IMG/VR virus record: IMGVR_UViG_3300017783_000023
Span: 1-57,229 of that record
Direction: 5' to 3' (one strand)
DNA: 57,229 nucleotides
From: a virus
Lineage: Duplodnaviria; Caudoviricetes
Below, one piece after another: positions 8,683-17,440 of the stretch. Made by a program: the position numbers and the translations under genes. Each line of letters opens with the position of its first letter. Within the stretch, counting starts at the first letter, position 1. The notes beneath the pieces are model-generated. The model saw only the letters and a list, made by a program, of their open reading frames with translations, did no database searches and had not been told where the DNA came from.

Positions 8683-9120
8683 ATGAAACTGATGATTTCT
8701 GAGGTGCTTCAGAAAGCACATAATGCAAAGACCAAAGCAGAGAAAGTACAAATCCTGAAGGATAACAACAGTCAGACACTACGCTCTATCTTCATCGTCA
8801 ACTTTGATGACTCGGTGGTACCTCGTGTGCCACCAGGTGAAGATGTCCCTTACCGTCCTAACGAGGCACCTAAGGGCACAGAGCACACACTGCTAGAGAA
8901 AGAAGGACGTAAGTTGTATCGCTTCTTTGAAGGTGGTGACGATACGTTGTCTACAATGAAGATCGAGAGCATGTTTATTCAAATGCTTGAAGGACTTCAT
9001 GTGTCTGAAGCAGAGGTGCTTGTTAAAGCAATCAATAAGACTCTTCACAAGAAGTATCGAGTCACCTTGGCGGTGGTCAAGGAAGCATTTCCAACTATCG
9101 ATTGGGGCGGTAGGTCTTGA
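8683..9120 (+). CDS. conserved T4-like cyanophage hypothetical protein
   Basis: 145 aa, ESMFIQMLEGLH motif. Confidence 0.8.
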   Translation: MKLMISEVLQKAHNAKTKAEKVQILKDNNSQTLRSIFIVNFDDSVVPRVPPGEDVPYRPNEAPKGTEHTLLEKEGRKLYRFFEGGDDTLSTMKIESMFIQMLEGLHVSEAEVLVKAINKTLHKKYRVTLAVVKEAFPTIDWGGRS

Positions 9121-9377
9121 GTAAGATTAAAGTCCTACAAGAAAAGTGTGATGCATCTGCTGCTGAAGATAGATCTTTACCCTACACAGCATACCTTGTA
9201 TGTTATGAAGTAGATGGTCAAGAGACTTACGATCTCGTTACGAGTGTTAAAAACGTAGATATCTTTGACCACTACTGGGACTTGTATAAGTCAGGTTTCA
9301 AGTGGTATAAGCAATCTGAAGGTAGAGTGTCACCTAAGTTGTGGAATAACCCTAACGCAGTAACCAAATCGAAATGA
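9117..9377 (+). CDS. hypothetical cyanophage protein
   Basis: 86-aa ORF, TTGA overlap. Confidence 0.7.
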   Translation: MSKIKVLQEKCDASAAEDRSLPYTAYLVCYEVDGQETYDLVTSVKNVDIFDHYWDLYKSGFKWYKQSEGRVSPKLWNNPNAVTKSK

Positions 9378-9649
9378 CAAACAACGAAGTATATCTAGAC
9401 CCTCGAAGGGTAAACCAATCTCAACAACCTCAAGAAGAACCTAGATTGACAGCAGAGCAGCAAGAGATTGAGTCCAACGTTGAGATGGGTAAGGCAGTTG
9501 CCATTGCCCTGACCTCATTAGTGGTGACCCCATTTGTGTTGATGATCGTATGGAATGCAATTGTGCCTGGACTTTTTGCACTCTCTGGGTTAAACTACTT
9601 ACAGTCCATGGGAATTATTGTAATTTCCAAATTGATTAGAGGAAAATGA
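9374..9649 (+). CDS. hypothetical membrane protein
   Basis: Two hydrophobic C-terminal helices. Confidence 0.7.
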   Translation: MTNNEVYLDPRRVNQSQQPQEEPRLTAEQQEIESNVEMGKAVAIALTSLVVTPFVLMIVWNAIVPGLFALSGLNYLQSMGIIVISKLIRGK

Positions 9650-10374
9650 TGACAAAACCAACGGTAACTATATCAACACCAGAAGTCTGTTATGTGTCGT
9701 CTACCCCAGATGCAGAGAAGCACATGGGGTATGTTGCTAGAGTAAGTAACCCCAAGAATCAGAGAAACCCCGAGGTAGCAGGTCTCTTACGATACTGTAT
9801 CAAGCATGGTCACTGGTCAGTATTTGAGCAGGCATTCATGACTCTTGAAATCAATACCACGAGGGGATTGGCGGCTCAGATCTTGAGGCATAGGTCCTTC
9901 ACGTATCAAGAGTTTTCACAGCGGTATGCCGACACAAACCTACTCGCAGAGACCATCCCTGTCCCTGACCTTCGCTCTCAGGACACTAAGAATCGTCAGA
10001 ATTCTAATGATGACGTTGATGAGCAGGAGAAAGCGTTTCTCCAGGGTAGAATCTCACAATATTTTAATGAAGGTATGGATCTCTACAACGAGTTATTGTC
10101 TCGTGGTATTGCTAAAGAGTGCGCTCGTTTTGTGTTGCCTCTTGCTACGCCTACCAAAATCTTTATGACAGGTTCTGTGCGTTCATGGATCCATTATATA
10201 GAATTAAGATCTGCTCACGGCACACAGAAAGAGCACATGGAGATTGCTGAGTTATGTAAGGGACACTTCAGTTGTAAGTTTCCTATCGTTGCCAAAGCAA
10301 TGGACTGGTGTGAAGACTGTGACTGTCCTGATGATTATGCAGACTGTCTACAACCCGCACTGAGGATTGATTAA
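9646..10374 (+). CDS. thyX: flavin-dependent thymidylate synthase
   Basis: HGHWSVFE, QILRHRSFTYQEFSQRY (RHRx7S), KECARFVLP. Confidence 0.97.
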   Translation: MMTKPTVTISTPEVCYVSSTPDAEKHMGYVARVSNPKNQRNPEVAGLLRYCIKHGHWSVFEQAFMTLEINTTRGLAAQILRHRSFTYQEFSQRYADTNLLAETIPVPDLRSQDTKNRQNSNDDVDEQEKAFLQGRISQYFNEGMDLYNELLSRGIAKECARFVLPLATPTKIFMTGSVRSWIHYIELRSAHGTQKEHMEIAELCKGHFSCKFPIVAKAMDWCEDCDCPDDYADCLQPALRID

Positions 10375-10604
10375 TGCCTACATATAACGTAGTAAATAAG
10401 ACTACGGGAGAGAAACAAGAGTTTAATATGTCAATGGTCAAGTATGATCAATGGCGTAAAGATAACCCTGACTGGGACAAAGACTGGCAGGCAGGAGTCG
10501 CAGGCACAACCTACGGCGAGCCTAAGCAGTCGGATGGTTTCAAAGAGGTTATGCAGAAGATGCAAGCCCAACACCCAGTAGCAAATCTATCCCGTTACAC
10601 CTAA
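10374..10604 (+). CDS. conserved cyanophage hypothetical protein
   Basis: MPTYNVVNKTTGE... ORF between thyX and phoH. Confidence 0.75.
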   Translation: MPTYNVVNKTTGEKQEFNMSMVKYDQWRKDNPDWDKDWQAGVAGTTYGEPKQSDGFKEVMQKMQAQHPVANLSRYT

Positions 10605-10607
10605 AGT

Positions 10608-11366
10608 ATGACCTCAACTCCAAAGACCAAGACTCGACGCCGCTCGACTAAGGCTATGACTGCAAAGCAGATGAGAAGAAAGAAACCTATTAACCTTGAT
10701 CACCTGAAGGATATCAATCCTCTTACTGATAATCAGGAAAGAATCTTTAACTCATATAGTGAGGGTAAGAATCTGGTCTTACATGGTGCTGCTGGCACAG
10801 GTAAGACTTTCATTAGTCTTTACCTAGCATTGCGTGAGGTTATGGACATTGAGTCTCCATACGAGAAAGTATACATGGTCCGATCTCTTGTGCCTACTAG
10901 AGAGATTGGTTTCCTACCTGGTGACCATGAAGATAAGAGTAACCTTTACCAGATTCCTTATAAGAATATGGTGAAGTATATGTTTGAGATGCCTGATGAC
11001 AATGCATTTGAGGCACTGTATGACAACCTCAGGGCACAAGAAACCATCTCATTCTGGTCCACCTCATTCATTCGTGGTGTGACCCTTGACAAGTGCATTA
11101 TAATAGTAGATGAATTCAGTAACCTAAACTTCCACGAGCTTGATTCAATCATCACTCGTGTTGGTGACGACGCTAAGATCATCTTCTCAGGTGACTACAC
11201 CCAGTCCGATCTCGTTAAGAGCAATGAAAGGAATGGTGTGCTAGACTTCATGAAGATCCTTGACTCCATGCCATCATTCGACTGTGTTGAATTTGGTATT
11301 GAAGACATCGTTAGATCTGGTTTGGTTAAAGAGTATCTTGTATCTAAAATCAACATGGGAATGTGA
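10608..11366 (+). CDS. phoH: PhoH-like ATPase
   Basis: GAAGTGKT Walker A, IGFLPG, FIRGVT, IIVDE, SGDYTQSDL, DIVRSGLV. Confidence 0.95.
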   Translation: MTSTPKTKTRRRSTKAMTAKQMRRKKPINLDHLKDINPLTDNQERIFNSYSEGKNLVLHGAAGTGKTFISLYLALREVMDIESPYEKVYMVRSLVPTREIGFLPGDHEDKSNLYQIPYKNMVKYMFEMPDDNAFEALYDNLRAQETISFWSTSFIRGVTLDKCIIIVDEFSNLNFHELDSIITRVGDDAKIIFSGDYTQSDLVKSNERNGVLDFMKILDSMPSFDCVEFGIEDIVRSGLVKEYLVSKINMGM

Positions 11367-12038
11367 ATGTTTAATTATGTCGGTCCTGCTTCTCCACTCG
11401 AAGAGTTAGAAAGTAGGACATTGAATCATGGAAGATTCTATAAGACCGATATCGGTTGGATGCCTAGCGTCACAACTGTTGTCGGTCATCATACTAAGCA
11501 GGGTATTCTTGCTTGGGAAAAGCGTGTAGGTTTCACTGAAGCAGAAAGAATCCGACGTGCTGCGTCGTGGCGTGGCACAAAGTATCATCACATTGTGGAG
11601 CACTATCTTAAGAATGAATTGGAAGAAGTTAAAAAAAGCGAGGGTCTTCCCTCGTACCTTTTTAGGTTTGCTCGTAAGGACCTTGATCGTATTGGTAATA
11701 TCCATGCTATTGAAGCCCCTCTTCATTCTAATAAGCTCGGCATTGCTGGTCGTGTTGATTGTATTGCTGAGTTTGACAACGAATTAGCAATCATTGACTT
11801 CAAAACTACTACTCAATTGAAGAAAGAAGAGTATCTTGAGTCATACTTCGTCCAAGAGTCAGCGTATGCATACATGTATTACGAGATGACTGGTGTTGAA
11901 GTTGATAAACTTGTAACAATCTCAGTATCTGAGCAAGGTGACATGCAAGTGGTCCAAAAGTATGATAAGATACCATACATCAATACACTCATCGATTGGA
12001 TTGAAGACTACCGTTACTACGTGGAGGGCACCAAGTGA
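11367..12038 (+). CDS. PD-(D/E)XK exonuclease
   Basis: PSVTTV, RGTKYH, AGRVDC...IIDFKT, Q..AYA motifs; usual position after phoH. Confidence 0.85.
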   Translation: MFNYVGPASPLEELESRTLNHGRFYKTDIGWMPSVTTVVGHHTKQGILAWEKRVGFTEAERIRRAASWRGTKYHHIVEHYLKNELEEVKKSEGLPSYLFRFARKDLDRIGNIHAIEAPLHSNKLGIAGRVDCIAEFDNELAIIDFKTTTQLKKEEYLESYFVQESAYAYMYYEMTGVEVDKLVTISVSEQGDMQVVQKYDKIPYINTLIDWIEDYRYYVEGTK

Positions 12039-12283
12039 TGAAAGAAATTGAAGAAAAGTTTATGACTCAGGGTAAATTTACCTCTCTTGTTGAGTCAAGA
12101 GTTAAACAAAGTCAAGGACTTATAAATTATATTGAAGCAGTCACATCTATTTGTGAAGAGTTTGAGATTGAGGTTGAAATTGTTAGTAAACTCATCTCAA
12201 AACCTCTAAAGGATAAGATTAAGTGGGATGCACAGCAACTTAATTACATAAAACGAACAAGCAGAGGAATACTGCCACTATGA
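12035..12283 (+). CDS. gp33: late-promoter transcription co-activator gp33
   Basis: NYIEAV...EIEVE...KLISKPLKDKIKWDAQQLNY pattern. Confidence 0.85.
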   Translation: MMKEIEEKFMTQGKFTSLVESRVKQSQGLINYIEAVTSICEEFEIEVEIVSKLISKPLKDKIKWDAQQLNYIKRTSRGILPL

Positions 12284-12645
12284 CTAACGATTTTTTCAAG
12301 AGTGATGTCGTCCACAAAGAGATAGAAGAGATCCAAGAGGTTTATACAGACCTCTTGAAGATGTCTGCTGGTCTTCAGGACTTCGATCCAGCACAGAGAC
12401 TAGAGCATGTGGAGAAGACACTAGAGTTGATTGCCAAGCAGAAAGTATTTTACTCTCGTTTGGCATTGGCATCTCATGGTGTCAATCCTGATGATGAAGA
12501 GAATGAGGATGCTAAATTAGTCAAGGATCGTATCGATCTATTGTCTGAGCAATACTCTGGCGGAATGAATCTGATGATGATTCTCCAACAGATGGAAGAC
12601 AAACTACAAGTATGGCGTAAGGAGTTACGAAATGACGAATCCTAA
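12280..12645 (+). CDS. conserved hypothetical protein (DUF1825-like)
   Basis: FFKSDVVHKEIEEI...LIAKQKVFYSRL. Confidence 0.75.
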   Translation: MTNDFFKSDVVHKEIEEIQEVYTDLLKMSAGLQDFDPAQRLEHVEKTLELIAKQKVFYSRLALASHGVNPDDEENEDAKLVKDRIDLLSEQYSGGMNLMMILQQMEDKLQVWRKELRNDES

Positions 12646-12784
12646 TGCACTCTATGAGGACATGCAGCGTCTGGATGACCTCTATGAGGAGTTGTGCTGG
12701 AGTCCAGACGATGACCTTCAATTCACCCATGACGGTGAGCGTGTGCTGATTATAAACCGCACACAGCAGGTTGACAAGACCTAA
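12632..12784 (+). CDS. 50-aa hypothetical protein, not in ORF track
   Basis: AAGGAG SD; MTNPNALYEDMQRLDDLYEELCWSPDDDLQFTHDGERVLIINRTQQVDKT*. Confidence 0.65.
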   Translation: MTNPNALYEDMQRLDDLYEELCWSPDDDLQFTHDGERVLIINRTQQVDKT

Positions 12785-12849
12785 ATACTATGCCATCATA
12801 CGTTGGTGGCACACAAACATACCACAATACAAACACAACGGAGAAACAC
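12771..12849 (+). promoter_or_regulatory. gp32 promoter region and putative translational operator
   Basis: TTGACA(12771), CTAAATA(12781-12787), hairpin tgccatca/tggtggca (12791-12811), A/C-rich tract, GGAG SD. Confidence 0.5.
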
Positions 12850-13770
12850 ATGTCATTCGCAAGTCTCAAGAAGAAGTCAGGCACATTTGATAAACTGACT
12901 CAGCAAATTGAGAAGATGTCCAAGCCACAGGGTGCAGGTCCTGATGAGCGTCTCTGGAAACCTGGAGTGGACAAGTCTGGAAACGGTTATGCCGTTATCC
13001 GATTCCTGCCTGAGCCTGATGGTGAAGACCTTCCATGGGCACAAGTGTGGAGCCACGCATTTCAAGGTCCTGGTGGTTGGTATATTGAAAACTCTCTCAC
13101 CACTATGAATCAAAAAGATCCAGTCGGTGAGTTGAATCGCACCCTGTGGAATAGTGGGATTGATTCTGATAAAGAGATTGCACGTAAGCAGAAGCGTAAG
13201 CTCTCTTACTACAGCAACATCTATGTTGTGAAGGATCAACTGAATCCTCAAAACGAGGGTAAAGTATTCCTTTATAAGTATGGTAAGAAGATCCACGACA
13301 AGGTGGTCTCTTCCATGCAACCACAGTTTGAGGATGAGACTCCTGTCAATCCTTTTGATATGTGGCAAGGATCAGATTTCCGTATCAAGATCCAAACCAT
13401 TGGTGGATACTGGAATTATGATAAGTCTGACTTCGCAGCACCTGCTACTCTTGGTGGGTTTGATGATGAGCGACTTGAAGAAATCTGGAAGTCACAGTAT
13501 TCTCTCAAAGAGTTTACTGATCCAGGTGCATTTAAGTCCTATGAGAAGTTGGAAGAGCGTCTGAATATGGTCCTTAACAAGGGTCGCACTCAGGTCCGTG
13601 GTCGTGATGAGTCTGAAGAAGCAGTGTATGCTGACTCTCTTGTGACAGCTGAAACTCCGTCATATTCTACCCCCACACCCAGTGGGTTTGGTGATAAGAT
13701 TGAAGAGTTAAACAAGGCAGATGATGGTCCTGACCTTGACTATTTCGCTGCTCTCGCCGCTGAAGATTGA
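12850..13770 (+). CDS. gp32: single-stranded DNA-binding protein gp32
   Basis: DERLWK...GNGYAVIRFLP, HAFQGPGGWYIENSLTT, WNYDKS, acidic tail; true start ATG 12850 follows GGAG. Confidence 0.96.
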   Translation: MSFASLKKKSGTFDKLTQQIEKMSKPQGAGPDERLWKPGVDKSGNGYAVIRFLPEPDGEDLPWAQVWSHAFQGPGGWYIENSLTTMNQKDPVGELNRTLWNSGIDSDKEIARKQKRKLSYYSNIYVVKDQLNPQNEGKVFLYKYGKKIHDKVVSSMQPQFEDETPVNPFDMWQGSDFRIKIQTIGGYWNYDKSDFAAPATLGGFDDERLEEIWKSQYSLKEFTDPGAFKSYEKLEERLNMVLNKGRTQVRGRDESEEAVYADSLVTAETPSYSTPTPSGFGDKIEELNKADDGPDLDYFAALAAED

Positions 13771-14051
13771 TGAAACTACTGGTCGCCGCTACTGCTCTGC
13801 TACTTGCAGCAACGCCTGCTCAAGCAATTACCTGGAAAGAATTCTGGGAGCCGTTTGATGGCGACCAGCATCATCATTATCACCATGGTTACCCAGCACC
13901 TCGCAGGTGCCAGGTAACTAAGACAAGAAGAGTATGGATCCCTGGGCATTACACAGGATTCTATACTGCTCCTGGTCAACCTGACTGGATACCTGGCAGG
14001 TGGTCAACACGGACAAGGACTCGGTGGGTTCCATGCCGCCCCTATCGCTGA
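13770..14051 (+). CDS. secreted hypothetical protein with His tract and two WIPG repeats
   Basis: Signal peptide (ending AQA), HHHYHH, VWIPGHY and DWIPGRW. Confidence 0.7.
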   Translation: MKLLVAATALLLAATPAQAITWKEFWEPFDGDQHHHYHHGYPAPRRCQVTKTRRVWIPGHYTGFYTAPGQPDWIPGRWSTRTRTRWVPCRPYR

Positions 14052-14137
14052 TCCTATATATTATTTGACTTTTCGTTCACAGGAAGGTCGGAAAAAAACT
14101 CGGGGTATTTTTTCCCCCTCAGGGATTTTTACAAGTT

Positions 14138-14452
14138 ATGCTATCAACCGCTTACCGACTCCGATTAGAGTTTATTTGCAAAAAGATCGCCAATGGCGAA
14201 GAAGTCAAATTAGACGATATGGTATGGGCACAAAAGCTTGCCAAAGCAAATACATCTGCTAATGAGATGTTAAAAATGGCCAGAAGGCAAGCAGCACAAG
14301 ATATTCAAGAAGGCAGCACAGACGATTTTCTGAATAGGATGGGTTTAGGTGATCCCGACCCATCCAATCATAAGAAGGGATTCACTGATGCTGATGATAT
14401 TAAGGATTGGTTTCAGCAAGACAAACCTAGTGATTGGAGGCAACGTGACTAA
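14138..14452 (+). CDS. conserved cyanophage hypothetical protein
   Basis: MLSTAYRLRLEFICKKI...DWRQRD. Confidence 0.8.
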   Translation: MLSTAYRLRLEFICKKIANGEEVKLDDMVWAQKLAKANTSANEMLKMARRQAAQDIQEGSTDDFLNRMGLGDPDPSNHKKGFTDADDIKDWFQQDKPSDWRQRD

Positions 14453-14573
14453 AACTGAGTGTAAAGACAAAATACTCAAATACGTCAAAATACAACTGAA
14501 TAAGTTAAACTTAGAACAACTGAATAACCTTGCTGACAAACATACATGCAAGAAGAAAAAAAAGACCACTTAA
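14445..14573 (+). CDS. small basic hypothetical protein
   Basis: GTG start after GGAGG; C-terminal part of track ORF 14349..14573. Confidence 0.45.
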   Translation: MTKTECKDKILKYVKIQLNKLNLEQLNNLADKHTCKKKKKTT

Positions 14574-14701
14574 ACGATTATGTGGGTGTCCAAACATGGG
14601 ACCCCATTTTCGAGATGATGCGGTATCATTGGGTACATAAGTCTGAGAAGGATCCTGTGCAATTCGTGAAAAACCTCAACCCAGAGCAAGAAGTGCTATG
14701 A
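14546..14701 (+). CDS. 51-aa hypothetical protein, not in ORF track
   Basis: MQEEKKDHLNDYVGVQTWDPIFEMMRYHWVHKSEKDPVQFVKNLNPEQEVL*; ATGA overlap with next gene. Confidence 0.55.
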   Translation: MQEEKKDHLNDYVGVQTWDPIFEMMRYHWVHKSEKDPVQFVKNLNPEQEVL

Positions 14702-14997
14702 GCAGTAAGATGCTATTTCTGGTTGATGCTGGCAACGGCAGATGTATCAGTCACGATGGATACATTCAACTCGGCAGTTTCTCTCATAGCGTAGAGAAGC
14801 ATCTTGAGTTGTGTCCAGATCAGGAATGGCAGGTTACTTATTGGATGCCTGATCCATTCTGTATTAGATATCCAAGAGCAAACTATCAGCATACGATGAA
14901 GGCAAATGAAGGATCGCCCAAGACTGATAATGCACTAGACAATCGTCCAAGAGACTTCCCAGATCAACCCACACAGAGACTTGAAAGGACATTATGA
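14698..14997 (+). CDS. conserved cyanophage hypothetical protein
   Basis: 99-aa ORF with overlaps at both ends. Confidence 0.75.
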   Translation: MSSKMLFLVDAGNGRCISHDGYIQLGSFSHSVEKHLELCPDQEWQVTYWMPDPFCIRYPRANYQHTMKANEGSPKTDNALDNRPRDFPDQPTQRLERTL

Positions 14998-15206
14998 CCA
15001 ATGTGATTGTCCCTATGAGGATATTAGGTAGCGGTCTCGTGATCATTGCCTATTTTATTATTATTCATGTCGATTTAATGTCTGGAGTGCTAACTCAGTT
15101 TGTAGCAGATCTTATTTCAATTCCTTATTTTATTAAGACAAAATCTTGGGATGTTGTTATGATGCTATCATTCCTACTTATAATTTCGGTGTCTAAATTG
15201 TTATGA
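14994..15206 (+). CDS. small membrane protein
   Basis: 70 aa, three hydrophobic segments. Confidence 0.7.
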   Translation: MTNVIVPMRILGSGLVIIAYFIIIHVDLMSGVLTQFVADLISIPYFIKTKSWDVVMMLSFLLIISVSKLL

Positions 15207-15349
15207 AAATGTGGGAAACGCAGTGTACTGGATGTGGAAAGATGATTCCCGCCAATCAATGTCCTCAGGTTGGGTGTTATATCCCATCTAAGGGAAAATA
15301 CGAAAACTCTCTATGTAAACCCTGTTGGTTAAAGAAATGCAAGCAGTAA
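15203..15349 (+). CDS. 48-aa Zn-finger-like microprotein, not in ORF track
   Basis: MKMWETQCTGCGK...SLCKPCWLKKCKQ*, two CxxC motifs; ATGA overlap. Confidence 0.6.
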   Translation: MKMWETQCTGCGKMIPANQCPQVGCYIPSKGKYENSLCKPCWLKKCKQ

Positions 15350-15597
15350 TCTATTCAAATGGCAGTCAAGAGTGTGAAAGACTGCAAATGCTCCTAAAGT
15401 CGATTTCTACTGAATATTTGCAATATAACATCGGTGAAGACTTTACACAAACCCAATTTCAACAAGAATTTGGAGCAGATGCAGAATACCCCCAATGCGC
15501 TTTAGATAACAAGCACATCGGGGGTTTAAAAGATACTCTACATTTTCTAGACAAACTTGGAGCGATTAATAACCTCCGCCCGACTGCTGTCCAGTAG
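15337..15597 (+). CDS. glutaredoxin-like protein lacking the CxxC dithiol
   Basis: AVIYSNGSQECER...EYPQ...HIGG; thioredoxin-fold pattern similar to 8135..8383. Confidence 0.7.
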   Translation: MQAVIYSNGSQECERLQMLLKSISTEYLQYNIGEDFTQTQFQQEFGADAEYPQCALDNKHIGGLKDTLHFLDKLGAINNLRPTAVQ

Positions 15598-16501
15598 AAG
15601 ATCCAGCACTACCATATTGGTTACCAGTTGAAGAAGAGTCTTCAGCAGCAGTTGTATTCCCTGCCAGTGCTGTCACTGCAGTGCCTGATGCTGAAGTAAC
15701 TGCAACGGTAGATCCGTCAGCAAGCACATCACCTGCAGATATGGTAGCAGCATTACTACCAAATGATCTGGAGGTGTATTCTGCTTTAGAAGCAAATTCA
15801 ATAGATGGTGTTTGTCCCACAAGTGTAGTATATGTGGGTTTGACACTTCTGAATGCCTCGGATACAATACCAACAGATCTCTTGACACCTGTTTGTGTAT
15901 CAACCTCATTAGAAGGAAGATACTCTGTAAGATTTTCAAATTCTTCAACAAACTGAGTCAAGAACTCAGATTTGAGTATATAGATGTTTCTTCTATATTC
16001 ATTTAACTGCATTTCATACTGATAGTTAGATACTGGAGCAACTAACTGATCTGTGGGTATTAGAGTGCCATCAGGACGAGAATATTCAAAGTTTTCGTTG
16101 ACTTGGAGTCCTGCTTTTAGTAGTAAAGATCCCTTAGTGCTTCTGATTTCTTGAGTTTCCCAATGATGAATCTCATCAGTTGACCCATACTTTCTCATAA
16201 TATACCTAAACAACTCACCCTCTTCTAGGGGCCAGTCATCATAAATGTTTGTTATATTATTACACAGCAAAATTACCCAGTCATACTCAGGATCATTATA
16301 GAATTTGTCAGCAACTTGATCAGGTCTCTCATTATTCTGAATAGAATAGGATTCAAATCCTAAAGCAGTTTGCAGTATTCCATCACGTAATTTAATACGA
16401 CGGAATAGATTCTTTGCCATCACATAGGGATCATTGCCACCTACGCGATAACTACTGGTCCTGACAAATACATCAGGTAAATAAGAGAAGTAATTTGACA
16501 T
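15566..16501 (-). CDS. gp53: baseplate wedge subunit gp53
   Basis: YFSYLP, KNLFRR, ERPDQVADKFY...DWVILLCNNI...DWPL; S/T/G-rich C-terminal extension. Confidence 0.9.
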   Translation of the reverse strand: MSNYFSYLPDVFVRTSSYRVGGNDPYVMAKNLFRRIKLRDGILQTALGFESYSIQNNERPDQVADKFYNDPEYDWVILLCNNITNIYDDWPLEEGELFRYIMRKYGSTDEIHHWETQEIRSTKGSLLLKAGLQVNENFEYSRPDGTLIPTDQLVAPVSNYQYEMQLNEYRRNIYILKSEFLTQFVEEFENLTEYLPSNEVDTQTGVKRSVGIVSEAFRSVKPTYTTLVGQTPSIEFASKAEYTSRSFGSNAATISAGDVLADGSTVAVTSASGTAVTALAGNTTAAEDSSSTGNQYGSAGSSTGQQSGGGY

Positions 16502-17440
16502 TTAACTATCCAGAAAATCTTCGCGAGTGCGGTATTTCGTCTCTTGGAAACTAAGAGACATGTTATAGATCACAAAACCAAAGTCTTCATTCTCCATACC
16601 TGGGGTATGAGTCCTAATAGCAGTAGAATCGCCAAAATCAATATTCATATTCTTAAGGACCATTTTATTTGGGAAACGCAGTAATGCAGTCATAAAACCA
16701 CCTGCTCCCGTATCACCCTTTTTAGGTTTTAACTTTTCCCTACCTTTTTTAGCTTCATATCTAACGATCTCTGCTTCAAACTTATCAGGAATAGTCAACC
16801 ACTGATTGTTATCTGATGAGGGGTGCATCGCTTGCCTAAGTTCGCTGATAATATCATAGATTACTTTCACATCCTGAGCACTCTTTGGTTGCATAGTAAA
16901 TTTAAAATTATGATCCATGAAACCAGTGCTCTGAAACAGAGTTTCTTCGTAAGGGTTGAATACCTTACCATCTGTTAACTGAGCAAGATCATTAGCATCG
17001 ACGCTGAAACCATAGGGCGATACTTTACCAACAACGTTACTCAGAGCACTCGATGCCATCTTGTAACCAAGTGCTGGTTTGGCAGCATCAGCTGCCGCTG
17101 ATACGTTAGCGGCAAAGCTGTCACCTGGTCCATCAGGACCAATATCTCCTACTGCAGCAATTGCTGCTGCTCCAACACCACCTAGATTTACACCTTTATA
17201 TCGTGCAGCATAGGATTCATTCAATCCTGGTGGCAGATATAGAAAGATAGTATTTCTGATCGATCCACCACTCTTTTTCTTACCCCCACCAGTATTAATT
17301 CCCTTCTTCTTTTCATGCTTATAAATAGTCAACTTAAGGTAGTCAACTACTTCTGTGGCATATTCTGCGTCCTTTCTAATAGAATTTCGGGATTGAGATG
17401 ATTCGCCAAGAGGTTTGACACGGGGAAAAACTAGCGTCAT
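16502..17440 (-). CDS. gp48: baseplate tail-tube cap gp48
   Basis: IFLYLP, VFNPYEETLF...FKFTMQPKS..., LSFQE; gp53-gp48 synteny. Confidence 0.8.
   Translation of the reverse strand: MTLVFPRVKPLGESSQSRNSIRKDAEYATEVVDYLKLTIYKHEKKKGINTGGGKKKSGGSIRNTIFLYLPPGLNESYAARYKGVNLGGVGAAAIAAVGDIGPDGPGDSFAANVSAAADAAKPALGYKMASSALSNVVGKVSPYGFSVDANDLAQLTDGKVFNPYEETLFQSTGFMDHNFKFTMQPKSAQDVKVIYDIISELRQAMHPSSDNNQWLTIPDKFEAEIVRYEAKKGREKLKPKKGDTGAGGFMTALLRFPNKMVLKNMNIDFGDSTAIRTHTPGMENEDFGFVIYNMSLSFQETKYRTREDFLDS
17320..17327 (+). promoter_or_regulatory. late promoter for gp4, inside gp48
   Basis: TATAAATA. Confidence 0.55.

Noticed and set aside
10560-10610. Pho box upstream of phoH
   Set aside because: No recognisable tandem PhoB/SphR repeat; phoH follows the upstream ORF by only 3 nt
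11367-12038. Cas4-like nuclease or CRISPR association
   Set aside because: Lacks the four-Cys Fe-S motif, and no repeat-spacer array is visible in the window; this is the usual exonuclease after phoH
12790-12849. 20-aa N-terminal extension of gp32 in the ORF track
   Set aside because: GGAG SD precedes ATG 12850 and MSFASLKK is the typical start; the upstream stretch looks like a leader
9646-13770. Introns, inteins or homing endonucleases in thyX, phoH or gp32
   Set aside because: All are of normal length and uninterrupted; no HNH, GIY-YIG or LAGLIDADG motif seen
14065-14262. 65-aa ORF across the structured intergenic element
   Set aside because: TTG start without SD, overlaps a better gene in another frame, and translates homopolymer tracts
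17415-17438. TTG start for gp4 at 17415
   Set aside because: Family-like sequence begins at MSYSGKY (ATG 17439)
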